Origin: a virus
Lineage: Duplodnaviria; Caudoviricetes
Virus record (IMG/VR): IMGVR_UViG_3300020050_015145
Location: 1 to 64,000 of that record
Length of the DNA: 64,000 nt
Strand: one strand, 5' to 3'
Shown here: piece after piece, positions 1-8,966 of the stretch
Numbering within the stretch: the stretch's first letter is position 1
How the letters are laid out: each line of letters begins with the position of its first letter
Notes under the pieces: model-generated
What the model saw: the letters and a program-made list of their open reading frames with translations, nothing else
Databases searched by the model: none
What the model was told of the DNA's origin: nothing
Program-made: the position numbers and the translations under genes

Positions 1-133
1 GCAATCCCACATCGCGTAAATAATCATTTTGCTGTCTTACAGTCAATTCAGAAGGCTTTGTGACGGCATTGACTGTAAGGGTATACTGCAACAACTCATC
101 AAAAAGTGCGGTTTCAATTGCTTCGGTTATCAT
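1..133 (-). CDS. 5' part of ORF running off the left edge (MITEAIETALFDELLQYTLTVNAV...), possibly terminase small subunit
   Basis: ATG at 133, frame open to position 1, downstream of a TAATTTTG box at 155-162; on a circular map it would precede terL. Confidence 0.5.
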   Translation of the reverse strand, partial: MITEAIETALFDELLQYTLTVNAVTKPSELTVRQQNDYLRDVGL

Positions 134-154
134 GGTATCAGGGGGTGAGAGATA

Positions 155-189
155 CAAAATTAATGATTATATTAATAATATTATTAATA
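155..189 (-). promoter_or_regulatory. Bacteroidota -7 box (TAATTTTG, 155-162) plus palindromic ATTAATAATATTATTAAT putative operator
   Basis: Direct sequence match to TAnnTTTG; perfect palindrome at 170-189. Confidence 0.65.
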
Positions 190-200
190 TTTGGAAAATA

Positions 201-590
201 TTATTCATTAAATGATTTGACTACTCCTCCTTTTTTGTCGAAATACGTGATTTTCCAATGAGGATGGCAATTGCACACCTGTCCCTTCAAAATTCCATCC
301 GTAAAAAGCACGTCCAGATTAGCGCTTCTGTTATGACCGACAATCACACCTTTTGAATTGCTTACTTTTACATCCATTCCCACGAAAGCAAATTCAATTC
401 CCCGATACTTGGCATTGTGTTTGAATTCATCGGAGGTATAGGGTAGTCCATTGGCTTTGCACCTCACCCACGTGTATTCAATATCGCTGTCGAATGTTCG
501 GAAGAAACGCGATTTGGCAGCACCTCTTGAAATGGCGTTGATTGTGGTCCATTGCTCACCGTCTATGGAGCATTTGTATGATTTCAACAT
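201..590 (-). CDS. Hypothetical phage protein
   Basis: 129 aa ORF in a tightly packed minus-strand operon. Confidence 0.75.
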   Translation of the reverse strand: MLKSYKCSIDGEQWTTINAISRGAAKSRFFRTFDSDIEYTWVRCKANGLPYTSDEFKHNAKYRGIEFAFVGMDVKVSNSKGVIVGHNRSANLDVLFTDGILKGQVCNCHPHWKITYFDKKGGVVKSFNE

Positions 591-820
591 TAGAATAAAC
601 TGGTTTGAACTCCTTCGTTTTTTAACTTCAACGTCTCGTAATCTTTCAACACCTCCTCCATGCCCGCGATTTGATAAGCCGCTTCGGCAGGCGTCATTTT
701 GGCGTTGATACCGGTTACCCAGTTCGGATAGTGCTTTTTTCTCATTCCCAATTCACGTTTTACAACGGCAATTTTATCGTCGAGCGTGATGGGTTTGTTG
801 TGTGCGGGGATTTCTGCCAT
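590..820 (-). CDS. Hypothetical phage protein
   Basis: 76 aa ORF with 1-bp overlap to the next gene. Confidence 0.75.
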   Translation of the reverse strand: MAEIPAHNKPITLDDKIAVVKRELGMRKKHYPNWVTGINAKMTPAEAAYQIAGMEEVLKDYETLKLKNEGVQTSLF

Positions 821-821
821 A

Positions 822-1616
822 TCAATATTTCTTCCCTCCGTTTTTTGGTAAGCAAAACGAGTTGAACTTCATCTTTGCTTCAATGTGCCAAATCAAATCA
901 ATGTTTTGTTTTTGGCAGAAATTAAAGGTGGATACAATGGCGTCCACAATCCCTTCGATACTTTCCAGGGAAAAGTAAACACGTCCCGTCACATAATACA
1001 GATGTTCAATCAGCGTGTCTTCGCAGTCACCTGAGTTACCCCAAGCCCGCCTGTATCGCATAACCGCTGATTCATCCGCCACACATTGCTCTATATCCCG
1101 ACCAATCCGAACCAAACAGCGAAGAGCCACGTCGGCCAATTCTTCTTCAATGCTCCCTTTGATGTGCGCTTTGTACTTTTGGGCAAATACCTCTTTCAAA
1201 TACTCTTCTTTGGTTTGACGCGCTCCCGAGTGAAAAGAAAGATTGAAATCAACATTGGCGGCAGAAACTTCAATGTCGCCCATGCGTTTTTTGAAATATT
1301 CGACATTGGCACATTTTCTGTTTCGGTCAGCGTTCAAAGCTTCACCCAGTTCGGAAATTATCAGCATCAAATAGGTTTTATCCGAATGGACCTCGTTCCA
1401 CCAACCAGCCGCTTTCGTGGCTTCGTACGCTTTTTTGCTGTATTCGATTATGTTAATCATTGCTTTTTGGTTTGACTGCTTCTTAATCACTTCAATAAAC
1501 TCGCTTTTTTTAAGCCCGTTGGCCTCCAGATCAAAAACCAATTCAAGCTGACGAACGGAAAGTTTTTTAATTTCTTTCTCCCATTCTTCGCCAAAGGGGA
1601 TGTATGGTTTTTCCAT
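822..1616 (-). CDS. MazG-like nucleotide pyrophosphohydrolase
   Basis: Motifs LMLIISELGEALNADR, EEELADVALR, WHIEAKMKFN; likely start MEKPYIP at 1616. Confidence 0.7.
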   Translation of the reverse strand: MEKPYIPFGEEWEKEIKKLSVRQLELVFDLEANGLKKSEFIEVIKKQSNQKAMINIIEYSKKAYEATKAAGWWNEVHSDKTYLMLIISELGEALNADRNRKCANVEYFKKRMGDIEVSAANVDFNLSFHSGARQTKEEYLKEVFAQKYKAHIKGSIEEELADVALRCLVRIGRDIEQCVADESAVMRYRRAWGNSGDCEDTLIEHLYYVTGRVYFSLESIEGIVDAIVSTFNFCQKQNIDLIWHIEAKMKFNSFCLPKNGGKKY

Positions 1617-1620
1617 GGAT

Positions 1621-2433
1621 TTAGGGAATATAAACAGGCAACGACAAAGCAAAATTGACCGCCACCTCTTTGTCCTTCACAGTTGCCATAAAGCCCGATG
1701 CGTGACGGAAAATAAAACCTTCGCACGCGGCTACGGTCGCAGGTACCACCGCCACTGACGTATCACGGCTTTGGATTTGCCAGCCGTTGGCGTGAGGAAG
1801 CACGGCAAACTGATGCTCACCTTTCTTTTTCCAAATCGTCGAAAACGTATCAAACACCGCGACGTTGTTGGGCAAAACGGTACGCCCCGCATATTCCTTT
1901 TCCGACCGTGCCCATTCTTTGGCACTGTACATTTCGTTTTTGAAGATACTTTTGGCAACCTGCAACGCAAGCCGAAACATTCCATCCTGAATAATGGCAT
2001 TATTGGGGTCCCGATTAAAACCCGATATGATAGATGAAACGTTTCTGAACCCTTCGGGCAACGTATGAAGCAAAGCGTAGATATTGTCACGATTGGTATC
2101 CACCGCATCAATAGCTGCAATAAAACTATCCAAATAAGGATATTCTTCGGGGAATGTAAGGGAACGTTTAAAATGTGCCCAAATCATTCCTGCCGAACTG
2201 GGTAATGATAAGTCCTGATGATGGTCGAAGTTGAGCATTTGCGGGTCATAGATACCCCCTACATCTAACACCAATGTTTCAGGGTCAGCAATTGCTTCGG
2301 CTAAAATGGCTTTATCGCGCGTTCTGGTAACAGAAAGGCTTCCATAAGGGTACATTAACTGAGTGATAGCCACACCAAACACTTCATCGGCATGAAAAGT
2401 GGTGTCGTGGGTAATGATTTTTGTAATTTTCAT
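1621..2433 (-). CDS. MYG1 (UPF0160) family DHH-like exonuclease
   Basis: Motifs THDTTFHADEVF, LDVGGIYDP, FDHHQ, SSAG, FRHASGFM. Confidence 0.85.
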   Translation of the reverse strand: MKITKIITHDTTFHADEVFGVAITQLMYPYGSLSVTRTRDKAILAEAIADPETLVLDVGGIYDPQMLNFDHHQDLSLPSSAGMIWAHFKRSLTFPEEYPYLDSFIAAIDAVDTNRDNIYALLHTLPEGFRNVSSIISGFNRDPNNAIIQDGMFRLALQVAKSIFKNEMYSAKEWARSEKEYAGRTVLPNNVAVFDTFSTIWKKKGEHQFAVLPHANGWQIQSRDTSVAVVPATVAACEGFIFRHASGFMATVKDKEVAVNFALSLPVYIP

Positions 2434-2466
2434 TTGCAGGTTTTTTGAAAGGTGAATGATATTTTT

Positions 2467-2847
2467 TTAATTATCCTGATAATTATCGGGGCGGTGGTTT
2501 CCGCCCGTATGTTCAGCGCCGGTCAATTTGTCCATTAATTCAGAGAGTTGAATAACGTTCATGGACTGCTCACCTGCCGTGACCGCAATCATGTTGAGCA
2601 TATTGGCCGTATCCGCTTCTTTTTTGCGTTTCATTGCCAAATTCCCTTTGTAATCTTCCAACAATCGCGACTGAATTCTGATTTCTCCATTTCCTCTTAC
2701 TTTCACGCAGGAATACGAGGGTGTGAGGTGCAGCAGATATTCGGAATAACCTGGCGTATGCAGCACTACTAAGCCGGCAATGTCTTCTTTCTCCAAAATT
2801 GCCTTAATTTGGGCAGCAGCACGTTTTAATCGGGGCGAATAATCCAT
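2467..2847 (-). CDS. Hypothetical phage protein
   Basis: 126 aa ORF in operon. Confidence 0.7.
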   Translation of the reverse strand: MDYSPRLKRAAAQIKAILEKEDIAGLVVLHTPGYSEYLLHLTPSYSCVKVRGNGEIRIQSRLLEDYKGNLAMKRKKEADTANMLNMIAVTAGEQSMNVIQLSELMDKLTGAEHTGGNHRPDNYQDN

Positions 2848-2864
2848 AGAGGTTTTGAAAGAAG

Positions 2865-3089
2865 TTAAATAATCATTCTTAAAGGGATAGCTTGAATTTC
2901 GATTGAAGGAGTTTTTTGCTCTTCCAATTCCTTTTGAAATTCGTCAGCTCTCGGTTCATCTTTGTCGATTGCAACTCTGGTAATGTAACAATGGATTTTG
3001 ATTCCGCTTTCGGTTGTACCTTCCCAGATTCGAGCAGGCATCCCGTTGAGGTGTATGATTTTTGTAGTGCTTTCGATGGTAGCTTTCAT
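2865..3089 (-). CDS. Hypothetical phage protein
   Basis: 74 aa ORF preceded by A-rich initiation context. Confidence 0.7.
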   Translation of the reverse strand: MKATIESTTKIIHLNGMPARIWEGTTESGIKIHCYITRVAIDKDEPRADEFQKELEEQKTPSIEIQAIPLRMII

Positions 3090-3119
3090 TTCGATTTTGG
3101 TTGAATGATGAATGATTGA

Positions 3120-3767
3120 TTAAGCGAATTTGAATGAATACCCTTTTGTCTCTTTCCACTTACCCAAGACCACATTGCGAATGCAGGCCCGATTGATCCC
3201 CAGTTCTTTGCTTGCCAAGCACATGGATTCATACACCACCCCCGTATTGACGCACACCACACTTTTGCTTCCCACACCCTTGGGTGTTCCTTTGGGCAGC
3301 TTGTCCAGTCGAACGCCCTGTTCGTTTCTTGGATAAATGCGCTTTCTGCCTGCCTGTTTTTTGGGAGGCTTTATCAGCTTCCCGCTTTCGTCACGCGGTC
3401 GAATCCTTGGGCGACCCGCCAGCCTTTTTTCTTTGGGTTCCGGTGCGGGATCTTCCCTGACAACTTTGGGACGCCCCCGACCTCTTTTTTCCTTGAGCGG
3501 TTTTGTTTTCTTTTCCCTTGTCCGCTTTTTGGGCTGCTCCTGCATGGCCTGCATGGCTTCAAACTGCGAAGGAATGCGTTTGGCCTTTGGGATTTTAGCT
3601 TGAGGAATGTCGGGGTTGTTGGCCAGCCACCGCACCAATATGCTGCGCACATACGGCTTAAACACGCCGTCAACTTCCACAATCACAATTCCGTTCTCGT
3701 CTTCGGGAATCTCATTTCCCTGCGGGTCGTACACTTTTGTGTCCTGTACGTAGAAATTTGGCTTCAT
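3120..3767 (-). CDS. NUMOD1-type DNA-binding protein with basic AT-hook-like repeats
   Basis: C-terminal KSVVCVNTGVVYESMCLASKELGINRACIRNVVLGKWKETKGYSF; internal RGRGRP and AGRPR segments. Confidence 0.65.
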   Translation of the reverse strand: MKPNFYVQDTKVYDPQGNEIPEDENGIVIVEVDGVFKPYVRSILVRWLANNPDIPQAKIPKAKRIPSQFEAMQAMQEQPKKRTREKKTKPLKEKRGRGRPKVVREDPAPEPKEKRLAGRPRIRPRDESGKLIKPPKKQAGRKRIYPRNEQGVRLDKLPKGTPKGVGSKSVVCVNTGVVYESMCLASKELGINRACIRNVVLGKWKETKGYSFKFA

Positions 3768-3789
3768 TTTATTGGCGTTTAGGTTTGAA

Positions 3790-4800
3790 TTACTGTCTAA
3801 AACTCGGCATGGCAGGAAACAAAATCAGATTGGTACTTCCAATCATACGGTCTTCAAAGCGCGAACCGTAACGCTTTCCCAATTCCGAAACCTTGTTATT
3901 GGTGGTGAAATGGGTGTAATTGCCCGGCAGTCGCTCCCAGCGCTGATACAGTACATTTTCCACCGTTTCGCAGCTTGAGGCAAAATGGGAGCCCACATCC
4001 TCCGCGTGAATATCGTCCACAAACAGCCCTATTTTCTCCTGCCCGAAATGCGTACTCAACACGCCTTTTTGAAAAGAATAATACCTGGATAGCCCCATGT
4101 AACCCTCACTTTCAAAGATGCCCGGCAGTTTTTTGGCGTTCAGATAAGCAAAGGAAAGTCGCGGATTGTGTAAAAATGCCCGCAACGTATCGGTTTTTCC
4201 AACGCCCGTGGGACCAAACAGCCCCAAACCTTTTTCCAAACTCGGCGTGCCGGTAATCAAAACAGGGCGTCCGTCAATGCGCTGGTTGCAATACCAAAGA
4301 AAATCTTTATCCTGCGCAAAGTAGCAGCACAGCATCTCCAGCACAAACCGCGTATCGTTGGTTAATCGGTAACTTTTGCCCGGGTTCTTTTCCGCCACGA
4401 TTGCATTCAGACGAGGAATGACCAATTGCCAATATTGTTCGGCCGTCAAGTTCTGCGCCGCTTCGGGTTGGGCGATGGCTTGCAGATAGGTATTGATTTT
4501 GACCGCACTCTGCTTTCTTCTTTTTTCCCGAACCGCATCGATTTGCAGTTTATTAAAAAACTTTTGAGCCCTTGCCTGAAAGTTTTCAATCTCTTCTTCG
4601 GTCAATTCTTCCGGCACCCCACTTTCTTTCCGAGTAGCTTTTTCATTTTCGAGCAAAAGGTTGTAGTATCGGTAGGCTTTAGCCTCCAATTCCTCAATTT
4701 CCGCATCAGTCAGCTCATCGGTAGTCATTTTCGTCTCTTCCCGGAAGTGTAGCAGTGGAATTGCCCGTTTTGCTGTTTCGATTAGTTGGGTAGTTGCCAT
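3790..4800 (-). CDS. DnaC/IstB-like P-loop ATPase (helicase loader)
   Basis: Walker A GPTGVGKT, Walker B LFVDD, HFTTN and YGSRFEDR motifs; follows the replication initiator. Confidence 0.8.
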   Translation of the reverse strand: MATTQLIETAKRAIPLLHFREETKMTTDELTDAEIEELEAKAYRYYNLLLENEKATRKESGVPEELTEEEIENFQARAQKFFNKLQIDAVREKRRKQSAVKINTYLQAIAQPEAAQNLTAEQYWQLVIPRLNAIVAEKNPGKSYRLTNDTRFVLEMLCCYFAQDKDFLWYCNQRIDGRPVLITGTPSLEKGLGLFGPTGVGKTDTLRAFLHNPRLSFAYLNAKKLPGIFESEGYMGLSRYYSFQKGVLSTHFGQEKIGLFVDDIHAEDVGSHFASSCETVENVLYQRWERLPGNYTHFTTNNKVSELGKRYGSRFEDRMIGSTNLILFPAMPSFRQ

Positions 4801-5602
4801 TTTTCGGGGCTGGATCTTTTGGTTTATTAATCGCGTTGTAAAGGATGTGACTTTTTAATTTTTGATAATCCGGCTCAATCGGTCTGCCCACTCCGTGGAA
4901 ATACATAGCGTAGTCCAAAACCATGTCCACAAACTCTTCCTTGGTCCGAATCTTCAATTTGTATTTTGCCAAATCGACAAACAGTTGATCCTTCAATAAA
5001 ACTTCATGCAAATTCGTATAGGTGATTTTTGAATCTTCAAAGGGAGGGGTGGCCGGAACGGGGAGGGATTCTTTTTGCATTTCTTCTACCGCCGCTTCCA
5101 ACTCCTTTCTTTCTTCAATTACCCAAGACGGTAAATCATCATTTTCGACGGATGGTGACAGACTTTTTTTTTCCTTTCTGTCTTCATTGTTTACTTGTCT
5201 TAAAGGTTTTAATTGTTTATTATATATGGGCGGTACATCGTGCGGTGCAGTATGCGGTGCAGATGCGGTACGCTTTGCGGTACGCTTTGCGGTACATTTT
5301 TGCACCGCACCAAGTAACACACTATGCACCGCAAAGCGTGCTTTTGCATATTCTCCACGACCTTCAATCACCAATAAAATACCATTATCATCCAGCCATC
5401 GACGGGCTTTTAGGTACATGCGTTTATCCAGCCTTGTCTTATAAACAATGCGGTCAAATTCTACTTCTGTCTCGCGCCAATTGTTCCGATTGATGGAATC
5501 CAACAATGCAAAAAACAGCGTCGCATATTCGGCTTTATAGCCTTCCATTTCGGGAACCTCCTCCCAAAACCAATTGACTATATCAATATAGTTTGGGCTC
5601 AT
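4715..5602 (-). CDS. Phage replication initiator (lambda O-like, N-terminal HTH)
   Basis: N-terminal LFFALLDSINRNNW, internal iterons, adjacent DnaC-like gene. Confidence 0.75.
   Translation of the reverse strand: MSPNYIDIVNWFWEEVPEMEGYKAEYATLFFALLDSINRNNWRETEVEFDRIVYKTRLDKRMYLKARRWLDDNGILLVIEGRGEYAKARFAVHSVLLGAVQKCTAKRTAKRTASAPHTAPHDVPPIYNKQLKPLRQVNNEDRKEKKSLSPSVENDDLPSWVIEERKELEAAVEEMQKESLPVPATPPFEDSKITYTNLHEVLLKDQLFVDLAKYKLKIRTKEEFVDMVLDYAMYFHGVGRPIEPDYQKLKSHILYNAINKPKDPAPKNGNYPTNRNSKTGNSTATLPGRDENDYR
5181..5333. repeat. Iteron cluster and AT-rich tract: putative replication origin
   Basis: TGCGGT(A/G)C units at about 11-12 bp spacing (5241, 5253, 5264, 5276, 5288), inverted TGCACCGCA at 5301 and 5325, AT-rich 5181-5226. 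Confidence 0.75.
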
Positions 5603-5865
5603 AGGCTATCTTCGGTTTGGGTTGTGGGAGGAAGAAGATAGCTTTCATGAAGGTATAGCGGGCAGTTGGTCTGTAACTTGCCGGCCGGCAACCTTTTGTA
5701 TGTTTTCAAACAACGCCTGTTTTCAATATCGTTGTCAAAATGCGCACAGGTAATGCACGAACGACTTTTGGGATTCTTAAAACACTTGGGCTCATGCCGA
5801 ACCATCGAAGACTTGGTAAGTACTTTGGGACAATGGTCGCATTTATATCTTTCAACTTTTGTCAT
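5599..5865 (-). CDS. Small Cys/His-rich (zinc finger-like) protein
   Basis: CDHC...H...C and CITC...C motifs. Confidence 0.65.
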   Translation of the reverse strand: MTKVERYKCDHCPKVLTKSSMVRHEPKCFKNPKSRSCITCAHFDNDIENRRCLKTYKRLPAGKLQTNCPLYLHESYLLPPTTQTEDSL

Positions 5866-5876
5866 CTCATAGTTAT

Positions 5877-5990
5877 AAAAAAAGCCCGCAACAGGTAGGA
5901 GCTGTGTACGGGCAAAAAGGCAACTAAGCCGATTCCAATGCGTGTCTGAGTCTCCTACCTCTCAAACACTCATTGTATGCTACAAATATA
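5877..5990 (-). promoter_or_regulatory. Promoter (TATATTTG, 5983-5990) and leader with terminator/antiterminator potential
   Basis: GCCCG/CGGGC stem followed by T7 on the minus strand; AGGTAGGAG/CTCCTACCT complementarity. Confidence 0.55.
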
Positions 5991-6021
5991 TAAATATTAA
6001 TAATACAAATTAACATTATTA

Positions 6022-6603
6022 TTAATATTTATTTTTCAACAAAGCATCATCGTACATTTTCAGCACAGACTTTGCCTTTTGCTCAATACTCGCACCCACC
6101 ACAGGAAGGTAAAACACCTCTTTTGTCCAAATTTCGCCCGTGTCCCGCGCCACATACACCATCAAACAACTTTTAAAGCGTCCGTGGTGCATATAGGCCT
6201 GCACCTGATTAAAATGCCGCTTAGGTAGTTTATCGCCGTTATTGCGGATAAAATCCAGTTGAGCCTGCACACAGGATTTGATTTCGTAGATTTGGTTTCC
6301 TTTGTTGGTCATGCCGTCGATGTGACCTTTCACGCGTTGGTCGTAGTCGGCATAAATTTCAAAGCTCGTATTGGGCATGGCCAGTCCGATACCTTCCAAA
6401 CGTTTGCGAATATCTTCTTCAACCACATACCCCAAAGCAAACTTTAACACATCGGCATCAGAAGCTTCTTTGGAGCCGTTTATCATGTCCTGCACGAGTT
6501 CTTCTTCGCTTCGGCTCAATTGGCTCAGTCCTAAGTAATGCCGCTTTTCATGCCCGCCGTTAACGCGGGTGTAATCGGTTAGTTTTTGGATTAGTTGCTT
6601 CAT
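6022..6603 (-). CDS. PD-(D/E)XK nuclease (Cas4/YqaJ-like)
   Basis: GHIDG, YEIKS and NQVQAYM motifs. Confidence 0.75.
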   Translation of the reverse strand: MKQLIQKLTDYTRVNGGHEKRHYLGLSQLSRSEEELVQDMINGSKEASDADVLKFALGYVVEEDIRKRLEGIGLAMPNTSFEIYADYDQRVKGHIDGMTNKGNQIYEIKSCVQAQLDFIRNNGDKLPKRHFNQVQAYMHHGRFKSCLMVYVARDTGEIWTKEVFYLPVVGASIEQKAKSVLKMYDDALLKNKY

Positions 6604-6630
6604 AGAGGTTTGATTAGTTAATTGTAAAAG

Positions 6631-7629
6631 TTAGTTGCCTACTGAAAAAAATTGTTTTTTTGAGCCTACTTTCGCAATGTCGTATTTTGAGGGTATCAAG
6701 TGCGCCTCAAAACCTTTCCAATTAAATTTCGTCTCTCCCCTTAAATGTTTTTTTACTATGGTTTGCCTGTATTCGTCGGAATACTCACTAACTTTTATAC
6801 TTCTATAATGCTTTGAAACCCAGTGTAACATAGCTTTACGCCTTCCCGCCTCCGAAACGTCTCTAATTTCAAATATTTCTTTACAACTTTCTGGAGCAAT
6901 AGGAATACGAAAACCGATAGAGTTGGCCTCTTTAAAGTAAACAAACCATTGGTAATAGTTAGCAAATTGCATTTTGATTTGCTGAGACATTACTGGTATA
7001 TAATCGTCATTTAAATCAATTCCCCCGAAAACCCTTTTAGGTGTATTTAAAGAAGGTAAAATACAGAATTTATCGAATTCGCCTTTTTTACCAGGCAATA
7101 CCCAAAAATAAAGCCTGACATTAAACCAAGTTTCATTTTCTAGAAGCTTTGAATAAGAAAGTTCTAAAACCTTTTTTCCGACATGAGGCGTTCCCTTTAG
7201 TTCAGTGGGCTCTAAAACTCTGCTTTTTAATAGTAAATTACCCCTTTCGCTTGTTTGTGAAATATTTTCGGAAATTTGAAAGTATTTACCTCCGTTAAGG
7301 TTGTAATCAATATCGGAAAGATTAACAACTTCATCTTTGATAGGGGTGTAATTATATCCACTATCGTATTGATTTACCTCATGCCCTTCGCCCAATAAAA
7401 TAGCTCCGTCAAAGGTCTTTATTGAGCGAAAGCCAAAATCAAGTTTAACAGGAAGTTTTTCTGAAACTGCTAAATAAGTTTCGCTTTTAAAGCCCAAATA
7501 CATAGTAGCCCAATCTACCGCATCTTCAAAAGAATTGAATTTAGGGGTAGGTATGGGCTTTTGATTCAAAGACTTTGCATTTTCGAGTATATCAGTATCT
7601 GATACTTTCGCACTTTTATTTGTGTTCAT
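6631..7629 (-). CDS. Hypothetical AT-rich protein
   Basis: Long ORF; likely start MNTNK at 7629, coupled to the upstream stop. Confidence 0.75.
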   Translation of the reverse strand: MNTNKSAKVSDTDILENAKSLNQKPIPTPKFNSFEDAVDWATMYLGFKSETYLAVSEKLPVKLDFGFRSIKTFDGAILLGEGHEVNQYDSGYNYTPIKDEVVNLSDIDYNLNGGKYFQISENISQTSERGNLLLKSRVLEPTELKGTPHVGKKVLELSYSKLLENETWFNVRLYFWVLPGKKGEFDKFCILPSLNTPKRVFGGIDLNDDYIPVMSQQIKMQFANYYQWFVYFKEANSIGFRIPIAPESCKEIFEIRDVSEAGRRKAMLHWVSKHYRSIKVSEYSDEYRQTIVKKHLRGETKFNWKGFEAHLIPSKYDIAKVGSKKQFFSVGN

Positions 7630-7849
7630 CGCATCTGGTTGTTTTAAAGTTAGTATTAAACAATTCATCAGGAAATTGCCGATTTGATTTTTCAAATTCA
7701 TCCAAATACTGTTGCGTCTCCTTGACTTCCTGCTTGTATTCATCAGTATCGCGAATGGCCGAATCCAATTTGCGGAGCAACTGTTTTGCTTCGGAATAAC
7801 TTAGATTTATGATGCGCTCACGTACCTTGACAATGATTATTGTGTTCAT
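7616..7849 (-). CDS. Hypothetical protein
   Basis: 77 aa ORF in operon. Confidence 0.6.
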   Translation of the reverse strand: MNTIIIVKVRERIINLSYSEAKQLLRKLDSAIRDTDEYKQEVKETQQYLDEFEKSNRQFPDELFNTNFKTTRCDEHK

Positions 7850-7850
7850 C

Positions 7851-8417
7851 TTAAAAATCCTCCTCCAATTCCTTGCCTACATCCTCTCCCAGTCTTCGTT
7901 TCATTTCCTGATTTTCCCGCTGAAGATTTCTCAAAACGGCACGGTAGGGATAGTCTGAAATATTGAAATCGAAATACTGCCAATTGTGCATCAACTCCTC
8001 GCCCTGACTGTTACGAAGCTTCACAATCGCGCTTTCAAGCAGTTGCACCAACCCACGCAAACGGGCGCTTTTTTCTGCGTGAGTTTCCGCCATCCCTACC
8101 GATTCAACCAACATCACCACCGAACGGAAATACACCATACAATCCTCTATCAGTGCTTTTTTGGTAGAAATCGCTTTGGCTGTTTCCTGTTGGAAATGGG
8201 AAATCAGGTTTCTGATTTTGGTGTGATATTCTCCCGAAAAGCTGTATTGAATATCGTCCTCGTACTTCTTTATTACTTTGTCGATTTTCAGTACCGCGCT
8301 TGACAATAGTTCATCAGCTTTCAGCGTGGCGTATTCTTCCATGTATTGCGCCAAATCGTCAATAGAAACCACATGGTCTTGAATATTTTTACTTTCTAAA
8401 AATTCGTTAACGTTCAT
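7851..8417 (-). CDS. Hypothetical phage protein
   Basis: 188 aa ORF in operon. Confidence 0.7.
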   Translation of the reverse strand: MNVNEFLESKNIQDHVVSIDDLAQYMEEYATLKADELLSSAVLKIDKVIKKYEDDIQYSFSGEYHTKIRNLISHFQQETAKAISTKKALIEDCMVYFRSVVMLVESVGMAETHAEKSARLRGLVQLLESAIVKLRNSQGEELMHNWQYFDFNISDYPYRAVLRNLQRENQEMKRRLGEDVGKELEEDF

Positions 8418-8516
8418 CGTTTTGTTGGTTGAGATGTGTAAAATTTTGTTGAAGCAAACGTTTCTGGAAACCCATGTTGACTAATCGCATTTGATACATC
8501 CGCAAATGAGCCCTCA

Positions 8517-8708
8517 TCAATCACCATTGTTCATTGTTAGTAGGGCATATTTCCCCCTATACTGCCCAGTAAATGGCAAACGAAACTGCCGAAGATCAGA
8601 CAGTGAAGAAACTAACGATAAATTTATCGTATCAATTAGAATTTCATTTTTTAAGTCATCCGCACAAATGTCCTCTGACTTTTTAAAGTAATGAAGTTTG
8701 TAAAACAT
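8517..8708 (-). CDS. Hypothetical protein
   Basis: 63 aa ORF in operon. Confidence 0.55.
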   Translation of the reverse strand: MFYKLHYFKKSEDICADDLKNEILIDTINLSLVSSLSDLRQFRLPFTGQYRGKYALLTMNNGD

Positions 8709-8741
8709 GATTTTTTAATATTTGTAAGATTCAATGCTTCT

Positions 8742-8966
8742 TTAAAAAGGGCAATATTCATTTTTGATTTTGATTAAATGCGGCCTTAAAAACTTTAAAG
8801 AGTAAAACTTTCCAGCAATACAATAGCCTATACTCCCCTTTTGATATACTTTCTTTATTTCGCGTCCAGTCTTACAATTAAAGCACTTTTTACAAGTTGT
8901 GAATTTGTAATAAGGCGCAAAATCTATCTCGTATTTAAGGGTGTAAGTAATTGATATTGTGGTCAT
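8742..8966 (-). CDS. Hypothetical phage protein
   Basis: Likely start MTTISITY at 8966; the upstream in-frame extension is the residual attC-like half site. Confidence 0.65.
   Translation of the reverse strand: MTTISITYTLKYEIDFAPYYKFTTCKKCFNCKTGREIKKVYQKGSIGYCIAGKFYSLKFLRPHLIKIKNEYCPF

Noticed and set aside
36-79. 12-bp inverted repeat CTTACAGTCAAT/ATTGACTGTAAG
   Set aside because: Lies inside the edge ORF, is a single copy and lacks the TAAC/GTTA cores; cannot be assigned
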